Positions 41,450-53,221 of a DNA stretch of 64,000 nt are shown here, one piece after another. This DNA comes from Camelus ferus. Its lineage: Eukaryota. Under the pieces are notes generated by a model. That model saw only the letters and a program-made list of their open reading frames with translations, was not told where the DNA came from and made no database searches. The stretch is from assembly GCF_009834535.1 (NCBI RefSeq), contig NC_045697.1, positions 86,182,001 through 86,246,000 on the forward strand, read 5' to 3'. A program made the translations under genes and the position numbers. Positions within the stretch are counted from its first letter, which is position 1, and each line of letters starts with the position of its first letter.

Positions 41450-41563
41450 GAGGAGGGTATAGCTCAGTGGTAGAGTGCATATGTAGCATGCATGAGGTCC
41501 TGGGTTCAATCCCCAGTACCTCCATTAAATAAATAAATATATCTAATTGCTCCCCCTCCTCCA
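41450..41563 (+). mobile_element. tRNA-Ala-derived SINE (Vic-1-like), copy 8
   Basis: Intact A and B boxes; 16-bp TSD AAATCACACTG(T/A)ATAG at 41434-41449 and 41564-41579. Confidence 0.9.
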
Positions 41564-41708
41564 AAATCACACTGAATAGATTACTGTCAATTCCATTTGC
41601 CTATTAGGATCAATCATAATTAAGAATATTCTTCCGTCTGCAATCTTGGTTCTATTAATAATACTGTCATCATTTGGACTTAAATGAACACCTAAAACAG
41701 AATTGTAG

Positions 41709-43310
41709 GGATGTTCTGTTTCAAGATGATGGAATAAAGGCCTTTCTCACCCCTTCACCTCTCCAAAATTACCCACCTAAACAACACAGAGAACAAAGAA
41801 CACAAATTTCATCTTCCACAAAACCAGGAGACATGTGTAACCCCACTCCACAATGTACAAAAAGGAGATGAGTTGGAAGAATGGTGAAGGACTTAACAGA
41901 AAGAAAGAAGGTCCAACCAGAGTGCCTGTGACAAAAAGCAGGCTAATCTACCCAATACTAGAAAAGGCTCAGAAACTGAAGGCAGAAGAAGTCTCAGAAA
42001 GTAGAGATGAGGCAGGAGCCTAAAATGGAGGAATTGGCTGAAATTTTGTATAAGAAGTAGGTAGTAACCCTCCCGCTGGATCACTAACCCCCAGCCGATA
42101 TGACCAAGTGACAACACTCTCACCTCCCTATAAGAAATACAGGAAACAAAATCTCTGGGGAAACTAAAAAGATTCTCTAAATGTGGGGATACCAGGTCCA
42201 GGGGAGGGTATGAACTAAGAACAGGGGGTCCCTGGCTAGTTCCAGAATACCAGCAGCCAGGTGTACTATCCTCTAATCCTTCCTTCCCTGAGAAATTTTT
42301 TAAAAATACTGTATCTCTGAAATAAGAAAGAATGTTATAACAAAGGAATACTCATAAGACTAAAACAAAGTTTTAGAGATGAAAAATATAATAGATAAAA
42401 TTGAAAAAATTTAGTGAAAGAGTCAGAAAATATATTTGAGGAAATACCTCAGAAAGAAGAACAGAAAAAACAACCACTGGAAAACACCATAGTACAGATA
42501 CAAAAACTAGAGTATCAGATCAGGAAACCCAACATCCAAATAGTTGGAATTCCAGAAAGAAGAATGAAAATAGCAGGTAGGAAAAATTAAAGAAATAATA
42601 CAAGAGAGCTTCCCAGAATCAAAGGGCATAAGCTTTAAATAATGAGAGGGTTCACCAAAGGGTTTACCAAATGTCCAATTCATGGAATGAAAAAAAGACC
42701 CATATCAAGGCATTTCAAGACCCATATCTTGACATTTCAGAACAGCACTAATGAAGAGATCATTCATGGGGAGGGCGAGGGGAGTTAAAGTCCACAAACA
42801 AGGGAAGTCAGAAGGTTTGGAAGAGATGTCTTCAGGAAAACACACGCAGTCAGAGACTGTAAAAGATTTAGCTAAAGAGGCAAGAACAAGATGGGACAAA
42901 TATTTTCTCTAAGAAAAACAACTAACCATAAAAGAAAAGAAACGTAATCATACTACACAACTTGACTTAGCAGTGAGTGACAGTTACATGATCATAATAA
43001 GGAAGACGTTAAGGAAGATATTACCCCAAAACTGTGATAAACCATGTGGTGTAGGATCGGGGAGACTGAAAGGTATAAGTGAGTGAAAATTCTTACTTAA
43101 GACTACTGATGACATCTAAAATACATGAAAAACAAAGTAGCAATACCGAAAGGAGTTGAAAGTGGAGTGAAATAGAGAACAGGAAGAAAAGGGGAGGGAA
43201 CCAGGGAACTGCCATGAGCTTCTTGTTGTTCTTGTAAACCTTTTTTTAGCACTAAGTTTTAAAACTATATTCATGCATTATTTCAATATTATACGAAAAT
43301 AATTTACAAC
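41709..43310 (+). mobile_element. HAL1-like (half-L1, ORF1-derived) or old L1 5' relic
   Basis: CAAGATG 5' signature; decayed ORF1-like CCAACATCCAAATAGTTGGAATTCCAGAAAG...AAGAAATAATACAAGAG; HAL1-like 3' end; no ORF2 seen. Confidence 0.6.
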
Positions 43311-43776
43311 AAACCAACATGACAACTCTACATTGTACATAGTAAAATTACTACTCTAGGGGATAAACTAAAAATATAATTCAAAGTATCTGATGATTAA
43401 AGGTCTCAAGTCTAATGCTGTGCTGTGCTATTCTTGAAAATTATAACTATGGAGAAACCTGCCTCTTCCTTAATAATGATAGTCTGACTTTAATCCTTGA
43501 AGTTCAAATTCCTATCCCTGAAGATTCAACAGTGACTTGGCAAATCTCTGATTTCTACTCCAGCCACGGGAGAGAAGTGCTGCTTCTAACCTGAAATCCA
43601 ATCCAACACGTGCAACGTGTTCTCAGTCCCACAGCCAAGCTAAGCCTAGACTGGAACATCTACACAAGGCCAGCACCACAGAAACTAACATCCAGCTAGA
43701 AAATCTGGCATGCAAGGCACTGTGTACTCAAATTCAGATCCCTTGTCATACAAAGTTGAGCAACAAAAGCTCTATT

Positions 43777-45466
43777 TTTTTAATCATCAAGTCACTCTGC
43801 GGCTTTATTTTACATAATTTTCAAAATAGAAATTGTATATGTTTATAGTATACAATATGACGATTTGATATACATATACAGTTGATCTTTGAACAACACT
43901 GCTTTGAATTGTGTGGGTTCACCTGTACACATATTTTTAAAATAAATATATTGGAAAGACTTTTAGAGATTTACAACAATTTGAAAAAACTCACAGACAA
44001 ACCATGTAGCCTAGAAACATTGAAAATACTAAGAAAAAGTTAGGCATGTCACAAATGAATAAAATATATAGAGATACTAGTCTATCTTTGCATAGCCATG
44101 AGATGAGTGATATTTAATAATAATATATTTAAGTAATTAAATATATTTAAATAATTAAATAATATACTTAAAATAAATTTAATAATAGTAATGTTAGTTT
44201 TCTTACTGTTTTATAACTTTGTTTTCAAAGAATTACATTACTATTTAGTATGCCTGCCTCTCTCTCTCAGCTGGAGAAACTGTCTATCAATCTAGCATCA
44301 CAGGTAATTGGTTTTAAAGAAAAAGTAGTAATGTTTCCAATACTGTATTATGAATATGGCATGGTAATACTGTGTGCTGTAAAAATTTTATAATGGTTCA
44401 TTCATTAGTTTCTAGGCTAGTGAAGCAACCGTATGGATTACACCAGGCTACCATAAAGCAATCATATTGCTACTTCTTTGTTATCAATGCATGTACATTA
44501 TACCTGCAAAAAATTATGAATTTTTCACATTATTTTTTCATTTTTGATGTCTAGTGTTAGCCATATGTATAATACCTACAGTGTTTTGTATCATACAATA
44601 CGATACTGATGTAGATACTGACAGACACATGAATCCTTTTGTGACAGATGAGTCCTTTTGTAACAGATGACATAAGCCTATGGTATCAATAAATACAGTA
44701 CAATACTGTGAATGTGTTTTCTCTTCCTTAGGATTTTCTTAATAACATGTTCTTTGGCTTACTTTATTGAAGGATACAATATATGATACATATAACATAC
44801 GAAATATGTGTTAATCAACTATTTATGCTATTGGCAAGGCTCTGATCAACAGTAGGCTACTAGTAATTAAGTTTAGGGGAGTCAAAAGTTAAACAGGGAT
44901 TTTCGACAGTGCAGGGGAGTCGGCACCCCTAACCCCTGCATTGTTCAAGGGTCAACTGCACATAGTGAAATGATTATTACAGTCAAGGTAATTAACTGTC
45001 CATCTCCTCACATAGTTACCTTTTGTGTGTATGTGCAATGAGAGAACCTGAAACCTACTCTCTTAGCAAACAGCCAATATACGGAAAAAACTTGTGTCAC
45101 CTACTGATGAATAGAAAAAGAAACCATGTGTGTGTGTGTGTGTGTATACAATGTAATATTATTCAGCCTTCACAAAGGAGATCTTGCCATTTGTGACAAT
45201 ATGAAGGAACCTGGAAGACATTAGGCTAAGTGAAATAAGCCAGACACAGAAAGAAAAAAAACTTCATGATCTCACTTATACATGGAATCTAACAAAGTCA
45301 AATACATAAGACGCAGAGTAGAACTGTAGTTACCAGAGGCTGAGAGGTGGGGGGAAATGAGGAGATGCTGGTCAAAGGGTACACAGTTACAGTTACATAG
45401 GATGAATAAATCTATAGAGATTTATTGTAGAGCATGGGGACTATAGTTAATAACACTATATTGACT
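43777..45466 (-). mobile_element. L1MA-type insertion with a 5' inversion, split by a Tigger2 element
   Basis: 3' end on the minus strand (about 43800-43878 and 44959-45082) abuts an inverted upstream L1 segment on the plus strand (about 45090-45466); TSD ACA(A/G)AAGCTCTATT at 43763-43776 and 45467-45480. Confidence 0.75.
43879..44958. mobile_element. Tigger2-family non-autonomous DNA transposon, about 1.08 kb
   Basis: TIRs CAGTTGATCTTTGAACAA and TTGTTCAAGGGTCAACTG; left flank TA, right flank CA. Confidence 0.85.
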
Positions 45467-45810
45467 ACAGAAGCTCTATTATTGATTTGCCAAATAACCT
45501 TTAGAAATTGACTTGACATCACTGTGTACCAATTTTCTCATTTGCCAAATGACAAAACCTGCTTTAAAGAGGTGTAACTCAAGTTAATTTGTATAAATGA
45601 CAGCATGAGGTATTACGTAAACACAAATTACTGCTTTTATTATGACAAATTTTTGGCAGCACAAGAAAAACTAAACAAAATACACTCTTCCAGAAGCCTT
45701 TCTCTCCTAAAGATAACAGCTGAGAAATCTAATGATTTTGTTCATGTGTGTTAATACATACAAAGGATTGATTCTTCTTACTAAAAGCAAACTCGCAAGT
45801 TTGTCTCTTA

Positions 45811-45947
45811 CATTTTTTCCCCACTTTGGGGGAGGGAGGTAATTAGGTTTTTATTTACTTATTTATTTTTAATGGAGGTCCTGGGGATTAAATCCCAGCC
45901 CTTGTGTATGCTAAGCACACAATCTACTACTAAGCTAAACCCTCCCC
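45811..45947 (-). mobile_element. tRNA-Ala-derived SINE (Vic-1-like), copy 9, diverged
   Basis: GGAGGTAATTAGG tail and a degenerate tRNA head. Confidence 0.8.
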
Positions 45948-46039
45948 TGTGAGTTTCTCTCTTGATTTACCGAGTATTTGCCAATTCTGGGTCAATTCTT
46001 TCCTTTTATTGAAATTCTCTCTAGGCATTCTTGTCTAAG

Positions 46040-47105
46040 TACCACCTGCTCCTTCACCTTTTTCTGTGTCCTTTGCTTGCTCCTCTTTCTTTCTGCCCTC
46101 TAAACAAACAAAAAAAATTCCCTCAGAAAACTAGCCAGCCCCTCTTCGTATCTCTCTTCACATTCCTCCCTGGGATAGTATCATAAACTCATACAACTCA
46201 CTAACAATGCCAGTAGACAGTAGACTGTCACATTCTCCCAAGCTTCAAACTTGCATTTCATCTTCCTGCTTGACACTTCAGTCAGAACTGGCTGAAAAAT
46301 CAGATCCTCCTCTTTATTATTTTCTTTTCAACAATGACCTCATGACCTTAGTCATCTACATCAAAATTACCAAGTCATCTCTGATCCTGCTTTCTCTTTA
46401 AAACCCTCATGGATAGGAGTTGCAAATTCCCATAGATTCCATCTGTGTGTTCCCTCTCCATTCCACCCCATCAGTCCTACACTATTACAGATCCTAATCT
46501 TAGCCTGGACAGCTACGATAGCCCCCTGATTTATTTATTCATATTCTGCCAACTGCCATTTCAATCCATCCTGTTCGCAGAGTGGCTTTGATCAAACTAT
46601 TGCTGCTATGAAACAATCGATGGCTCCCTACCGCCTCCGTTGACACACAAGATCCTCTACATTAATTCCCCAAACTAACACATCCAGCTAAATCTCACTG
46701 CTCTCCTACACATGCTCTGTGTTCCAACAAAACTCAGTTAATATTCTCTGGACATGTGTGGCATTTTGGAAGCAGGGGGGCTTGGATTAATTATCCACTC
46801 CGTCTCTGCTTCCTATCCTATTTATCTTTTAAGGCTCATAAGGTTTTCTTGATTTCTCCACAACATTATGTTGCCCATTTCTCCTTTGCATTTGACTTTT
46901 CATAGTTCTATCCTTGATGTATGTATTTATGCACAAATGTATTCTAACTAATAGTACAATTGATCATGCCCAGTTTCATTTCAACCTCTCCCTTATGAGA
47001 CTTAAAAGTCCTCAAGTGTAGTAAAGTTGTCATACTTGTCTTTATGGCTTGTTGTTCCTAGTCTGCACTTGGCACATGTAAATGCTTAAGAAATGTCTTT
47101 GAATG
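46040..47105 (+). mobile_element. L2 3' fragment, highly diverged
   Basis: Pyrimidine-rich L2-like body ending GGCACATGTAAATGCTTAAGAAATGTCTTTGAATGAA. Confidence 0.55.
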
Positions 47106-48361
47106 AAAATTCACAAGAATGCCCTTCAAATGCTTTTGGAGTTCATCAATCATATTTAATAACCAAAAACTTCAAGAATAAATTCATCTTGCCAGTAACA
47201 TACTTCTTGGTCCTAGGTTTGCAAAACAATTGGGAAAAAGGAAGTCTTGGTTTGAATCAATGGTTGAATTAAGAGTTCTAGCAAAGGATTAAAAAAAAAA
47301 AGTCTTGTTAGTGCTAAAGCAGATGACACTTCCTTCCTAAGCTAGTCTGTTTAAAATTTCTGAATGGAATACTAGAACATGGAGCAGTGAAATGAGCAAC
47401 AGGGTTCTGCTAAGGAATCTTTGTGGTTTAAAAGTGGGATTCATCTTGCTGAATGTTAAATTCGGCTGTTCTGTTCTGCCTACTGAAAACGACCCTGGGG
47501 CTTTGGTAAACTGGGTATCCTTCTCCATTTCCATCCTAGGAGTGTATGTTCACTTTCTGGGCTATTAAACTGTGACCATATTCCACTCAAAGATGGAATA
47601 AAGAGCTAATCTGTGCTACAGATATTAAGTGCGTCTCTAAGGCTACCAAGTGACAGGACGCAAAGAAACATGAAGAGCTTGCTGCCCTGCTTCCAGAAGG
47701 AACATTTATTAACATGTGTCTCCTCCAAATGACTGGGTCTTCTAGGTCGCTTCACAAAATAAGTACGCTACATTTACCTGTTGAATTTTGTAAAGTCGGC
47801 AGATAGGAAAAATGTTCGTTCTATTACCAGTTAGACAGCAAGTCTACAATAGAATTTGTCCCAATGCTTTGTGTAATTGACCTCAAGCTTCAAAAAGCAA
47901 AGTGTGGAACCTCTGCTTCGCCCTACTTCCTCAGATAAGAATGCTCTGGTGTCCCTTTTAGTGGGGATTTAAGATAAAACAAAAAAACAAATCAATAAAA
48001 GAATTAAGAAATTCAAAAAAACCAAACTGGCAAACGGAAAAATGGACAATCTGTTTAAAACCTTAGGTGAGGCGGGAAGAGAGCTAGCCGCGCTTTAATC
48101 CCAAAGGACATACCTTCCCTCCATTTCCTGGGCCTGTTCCACTCCAGGCTAATCTTCAGCAGTAATTGAACCTCGTCTGCATGCGTTGCTCATTTTCAAT
48201 CAGAGACCTTCCCTAGGCGATCTACTCCCGGACACTGATTTCTGTTTTCTGTAAGCAAGTCCGGCCGAGCCAGGTGCGGGCTCTGAGCCAGATAAGCAGC
48301 ACGAGATCAGGTTGGTTCGGGGTCGCCCCAGAGGTCTCGCACGCGGGCTATGCACAGCACG

Positions 48362-48380
48362 TGGGCAGCAGGGGGCGCTG
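48362..48380 (+). promoter_or_regulatory. CTCF-like motif at the intronic edge of the CpG island
   Basis: TGGGCAGCAGGGGGCGCTG closely matches the CTCF core consensus; it overlaps a CACGTG E-box at 48358-48363. Confidence 0.6.
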
Positions 48381-49417
48381 CAGAACCTCCGTCCCTTCCC
48401 GGGAAAATTAGTTACCCGGCCCAGGCGGTGAGTGCCGCCCGCCAAGACTGGCCCCAAGTCCTCTACCTATCCGTGCGTTCTTCCTAAAATAAAGACAGTA
48501 AACTTCGCGACACGCCCAAGGTACGTGACAAAAGAAATAAAGAGCATGCACCCCTATACAACTAACCACCCTCTTTTTCATCTCTCTGCGTCTCGCAGCT
48601 GGTTAAAGGCTACTTCCAAGATCTGGAAATTAAGAAAAAGTTGCTCTTCCTCACACATTAAAGCGCCGACCTCTACCTTCCTTTAAAAAAGAAACAGCTA
48701 CTGACCCTCAGCCGCCTGGGAACTACAACCAAGTTCCGGAGGCCGCCCCGCGCCCACTCTCTCCCCGAGAGACCCGCTGGGGCTTCGGCTCCAGTTTTCC
48801 CCCCGACTGTAAATGGACCGTCGGGAAAAGAGGCGACAGGGCAAACCTTCAGCCCACACTCGGTATCGCACACGGTCCCCTCCCTTCTCATTCTCGACGG
48901 CCCGGAGCGTCTGAGGCGACTCGGGTTCCCAGGGTGGGGCCACGCTGGACGCCGCGGAGGAGGTCGGGATTCGAGTGCGCGCCTGGGTCTAAGCACACCT
49001 TCCCCTTCATTGACCTCCCGGGGTAAGCTCGGGGACCCCGGGGTCCTTTTATCCGCGGGGTCCTCCGACTATGGGGTAGCGGTGCGCGGCTCCTTGGTTA
49101 TAGGAGAGCAGGCGTCCGCTTACTAGAAAGCTTGTTTGGCATCCGTCGTGTCAGTCGGCGGGGCTGTTCCGAGCGCTCGAGGCTCGAGCCGGCACAGACC
49201 CCTGCCACGCCTTCGGTGGCCCCCCAAGTCCCTCCACAAAGCAGGACCAAGGGGGCGAGACCCCGGCCTAGGTCTACCCTCAAGTCGCCCTGAATATAAC
49301 TGTCGTGGAGGGTGGGCTCTGGGGGTCCGGGATACATTACGGGACGGCCGGGGGCGAGCCTACCCGCCCCAGCCCTGTCCTCTCGAGGCGAGGGGCCGCG
49401 GCCGGCCGTGTACTCAC

Positions 49418-49632
49418 ATGTCGGGCCCCGGGGAGCTGGGCGGCGGGCAGTAGCCGTGAGGTTCCCGCTGCAAGGGCGCCAAGCGCGGCTCCAGCCCCCC
49501 GTTGACGCCCCTCCAGCCCCGCCGGCGGCGCTGCGGCTCCGCGCCTTGGTCCTCGCCCTCCTCCTCCTCCTCCTCCGGCGCGGGGAAGGTCACCCTCGCT
49601 TGCTCCTTGCACTTCCTGACCTTGGTGGACAT
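49418..49632 (-). CDS. TRPC3: TRPC3 coding exon 1 (N-terminal extension of the long TRPC3a isoform), 215 nt
   Basis: Translates MSTKVRKCKEQARVTFPAPEEEEEEGEDQGAEPQRRRRGWRGVNGGLEP..., recognisable as the long TRPC3 N-terminus. ATG context gcgATGt; donor AT|GTGAGT at 49417 (phase 2); lies in a CpG island. Confidence 0.95.
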
Positions 49633-49676
49633 CGCGCCGGCCGCGGCCCCAGCGCCGGGATGCCGGCTGCTGGCCT

Positions 49677-49700
49677 CCGCCGCCGCCGCCGCCGCCGCCG
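49677..49700 (-). repeat. (CGG)8 trinucleotide repeat in the TRPC3 5'UTR
   Basis: Eight uninterrupted CCG units on the + strand, about 45 nt upstream of the ATG. Confidence 0.95.
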
Positions 49701-51149
49701 CGCGGTCTCCCCGCTGCGCCCCTTCCCCACTTCCCGCGGCTCCTGCAGTCCCGGGCGGGCCCGGGCCGAGAGGCAGGAAGACCGAACCGTGCGGCCCGAG
49801 ACCGAGCAGTTAGAGGCGGGAACCAAAGCAGAGTCGCCGCCGCCGCCCACCATCAAACCGTGGGGGCAGCTGCTGCGCCCGTGGCTGCGAGGAGGGAGCC
49901 CGGGGCCGAGCCGGGAGCTGGTGCTGGGAAAGGCTCTCCCGCCCCGCGGCGGCGAGGGCGATGCCTCCTCGGTGCCCGTCTCCTGTCTCCGACAGCATCA
50001 CTTGCTAGGACAGTACCGTTACTCAGGGTGAAGGAAAGAGAGGGAGGGAGGGAGGGGGAGAGGAGTGGAAGAATCAATTCCTTATCAGACAGTGAGAGCT
50101 GGAGAGGGAATCAGACAAACCAGCAGGTAGGGAGTAAGGAAATCAGAGAAACTTCCCTCTCCGTCCTCCCACTCCTCTTCCAAAAGAGCCCTTTTCCATT
50201 TACAGATACAAGTTTCCTAACGAGGGGAAATGGAAATCGCCTGGCTTGTTCATTTTCCTGCATTCGTATTTATCCTATGTAACTTTATATTTGTTTCATT
50301 TGTTGTTTGATGTTTCAAAAGCATCATTTGTTCGTCGTGTTGATTTAGCTGAACCCACAGAGGTTTAAGTACGTTCCCCTGAGTTTTTGTACCCCAAGAA
50401 TGGTGATGTTTTAATCATGCTTGGTGCTTTAGGGGTTATTTTTTATGAATCCCCAAAGCGACTAACAAGATTTATGTACTTTTTTAAAGACATATTTTCC
50501 AGCAAAATTTAAAGTATCTCTTTTAAAACTTAAAAATTGCATTTTAAAATTCAAGAGCAATATTTCTTCTGGGAGAAATAGACTCATGGAATTTTAGTCA
50601 GAAGAAGTTTTAGGGATCAAAGTATTTATCTCTTGTTTGAGAAATAAGAACACTGAGGCTTAGAGACTGCGTAAACTATTCGAGGTAGTGAAAAAACTCG
50701 TTAGAATTAGGTGAGTGTATTTTCCAAAGCTTTCTGTTGCTTCAGATGAATCGCTTTCCAGCAAGTTCAACTTGGAAGAATCACAAAAATACCAGATATG
50801 CTACAATGAAATAAAATAAGATACTCATTTTTAACTGTATTCAATTATACTATATTTTTGAAGAGCAGTTCTTCTCGAATTTAAACAAAAAACAAGGAAA
50901 ATTAGCTGTTTTGAACTACAGTCTTAAAAAGTAAATAATACACTGTGTGTTTTATTAAGATGATAAAGTCTGTATGTTTAAGGAAGCAATGCTGTTTATT
51001 TACATATCTGGTACAGAAAAAACAAATAAGTAATATTAGTGTTTTACAGTTGGAAGCACTTTTCCCATACCAGTACATATAGAAGTGTTAAAATCCTCAC
51101 AATGCAAGTTTGCAGACCCCTTCAATTCCACCTTTGAACTATCTCTAAA

Positions 51150-51865
51150 GCAGGTCTGCTTTTCCCACTCCAAAACTCCTGTTTCATTTCAGGCTCCCAT
51201 GATCCTCCCTGCCGTCTAGTCTTTCTGTAGCCCCCCCTCTCCCCACACCACTTCATCCTCCACACTACTAGAGAGACCATGCTCAGAGCAAGTCTGATCA
51301 TGATTTTTCACTGTAAAAATCTCTGGTGGCTTCCCACTGCTTTCAGGTTAAAATCCAAATTTGGCATGCCTGGCCCTTTGTGGTCTGACCCTAATTCTTC
51401 AGTCTCTCCTCCCATCCTCCTTCATATTCATCCTAACTCCACTTACCCTGAACTTCTCATTCATCCCTTGGCATTCCAGCCACTCTCCCATTTCACAGCC
51501 TTGGTCTGTGGTATTCCTTTCACTGAAGCATCTCTCTCCCCTCATCCACCCTGCACACTTTTACTTTTTCCTAAAGACCTACATTAGATGTGCCTCCAAT
51601 CTGATACCCCTCCTGTGTGCCAGTGTATTTCCCACAGCCGTTGGTCCTCACCCGAGGCACTCTGTGTATACCACAATCTTACCACTAGTCACAGCATTGA
51701 CATGAACTCTTCACGGGTCTGTTTCCTTTTGAGACTGTGAATTCCTTAGGATAGTTTGGGGTCTTATTTATTTTGAGCTACTTGGGAGTTTATCTTTTTG
51801 TCTTTGCATTTAGCTCAGTGCCTGGTGTGCAGGACAAGCGCAATACATGTTTGCTGAATGAATTC
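51150..51865 (+). mobile_element. L2 3' fragment
   Basis: GGCTTCCCACTGC...AAAATCCAAA, ending CAGTGCCTGG...TGTTTGCTGAATGAAT. Confidence 0.7.
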
Positions 51866-51983
51866 AGGAAGTCTACGGGTTCTTTATATTATGTTTACAG
51901 GCATATGAACTGCTTTTATGAGGCTCTGGATGGGGAATAGAGAACAGAGGAGTGCCAGAGTCACGAGGGTTTACTCTTCGATA

Positions 51984-52366
51984 CCATATGAGTTTGCTAG
52001 GGCTGCTGGAACAAAGGATCACAGACTGGATGGCTTAAACAACAGAAATTTGTTTTCTGACAACTCTGGGGGCTGGAAGTCTGAGATCAAGATGTCGGCA
52101 GGGTTGGTTTCTTCTGAGGCCTCTCTCCTTGACTGTCTTCTCTGGAGTCTTCATTTGGTCTTCCCTCGGTGTCTGTGTCCTCATCTCTTCTGATAAGGAC
52201 ACCAGTCAGATTAGATTACAGCCCACATAATGACCTCTTTTTTAGCCAATTACTTCTTTTACTTCTTTAAAGATGGTATCTTCAAATACAGTCACATTCT
52301 GAGGTACTGGTGATTAGGACTTCAGCATATGAATTGGGGGAGGGAAGCACAGGTCAGCCCATAACA
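51984..52366 (-). mobile_element. MaLR solo LTR (MLT1B/C-like)
   Basis: GGCTTAAACAACAGAAATTT...CTGGAAGTCTGAGATCAAG...AGCCCATAACA. Confidence 0.85.
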
Positions 52367-52427
52367 CAGACTCTCTCCTGGGCTTAGAAAACTGTTCCAT
52401 CCAGAGTCTGCTAACATTTTTATTCTT

Positions 52428-52511
52428 TTTTTTTTTTTTAATGGAGGTAATTGAACACAGGACCTTGTGCATGCTAAGCATGTACTCTACCACTGAGCTA
52501 TACCTCCCCCC
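52428..52511 (-). mobile_element. tRNA-Ala-derived SINE or tailed tRNA retrocopy, copy 10 (short form: tRNA head plus poly-A)
   Basis: 13-bp TSD CATTTTTATTCTT at 52415-52427 and 52512-52524; small deletion next to the B box. Confidence 0.85.
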
Positions 52512-53221
52512 CATTTTTATTCTTAAGAAGTGCATCTATGAGATTAATGAAAACCCAGAGGAGAAGAAATCTAAAAGAAAGTAGATTCTTAGAAGAGAGA
52601 GGAAACATGGACCACCTTGGCATAAGCCGGCTTTGGTTTTTTCTTCTTTTGTAAAAGAGGGTCTATCACTGCATATATGTTGTTGGCTGTCTATGTATTC
52701 GTGAAATAAGTGTTTGCCTAACATACATTCAAAATCCATTACTCCTTTGGGGAATAACAACAACAAAATCAATATTCAATATTCAGTAAATCCAATTGTT
52801 GAGGCAGGTTATTTTCAAGTAGAGGTGTGTGGCCACTGAGGCATAAGAGAAACATAACTTTCATGATAAGTCCAAATTAAATAAGAGCGATTTGTAAAAC
52901 ATAGTAACAGAAGATGGATTCCAAGTTCCTCCTAAGTCTCTAAGAAATGCTATACCTTCTTTAAATCCTGTTTCACACACGGTGGAAGGCTCTGTTCTCT
53001 GTCTCTCTGTCTTCTCTCTCTCTTTTCCTCCAGGGCTGTCTGTAACACACCTAATAAGAAGATACTGTTGAACAGTAATTCTTGCACCCTAGGATGAAGG
53101 TTAGACTTAGCAGTTTTCTCAAGGGAGCAAGAGCATGGAAGCAGGTATAATGTTCCAAACAGTGCACATTTTTTTCATCTTTAAGAATAAAAGTTCTTTT
53201 ATAAGTGGATTTTGCTTTGCT

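Larger units (their letters stand above)
48170..50030. promoter_or_regulatory. CpG island covering the TRPC3 promoter, 5'UTR, exon 1 and start of intron 1
   Basis: Abrupt rise in GC and CpG density against the AT-rich, CpG-poor background; contains GC boxes. The exact TSS cannot be read from sequence. Confidence 0.9.

Noticed and set aside
41452..41524. tRNA-Ala-like sequences as true tRNA genes
   Set aside because: They have TSDs, A-rich tails, stem mismatches and no T-run terminator right after the tRNA body, so they are SINE heads.
49312..50031. 239-aa plus-strand ORF and other ORFs in the CpG island
   Set aside because: Stop codons are scarce in GC-rich DNA; low-complexity R/P/A/G translations with no family match.
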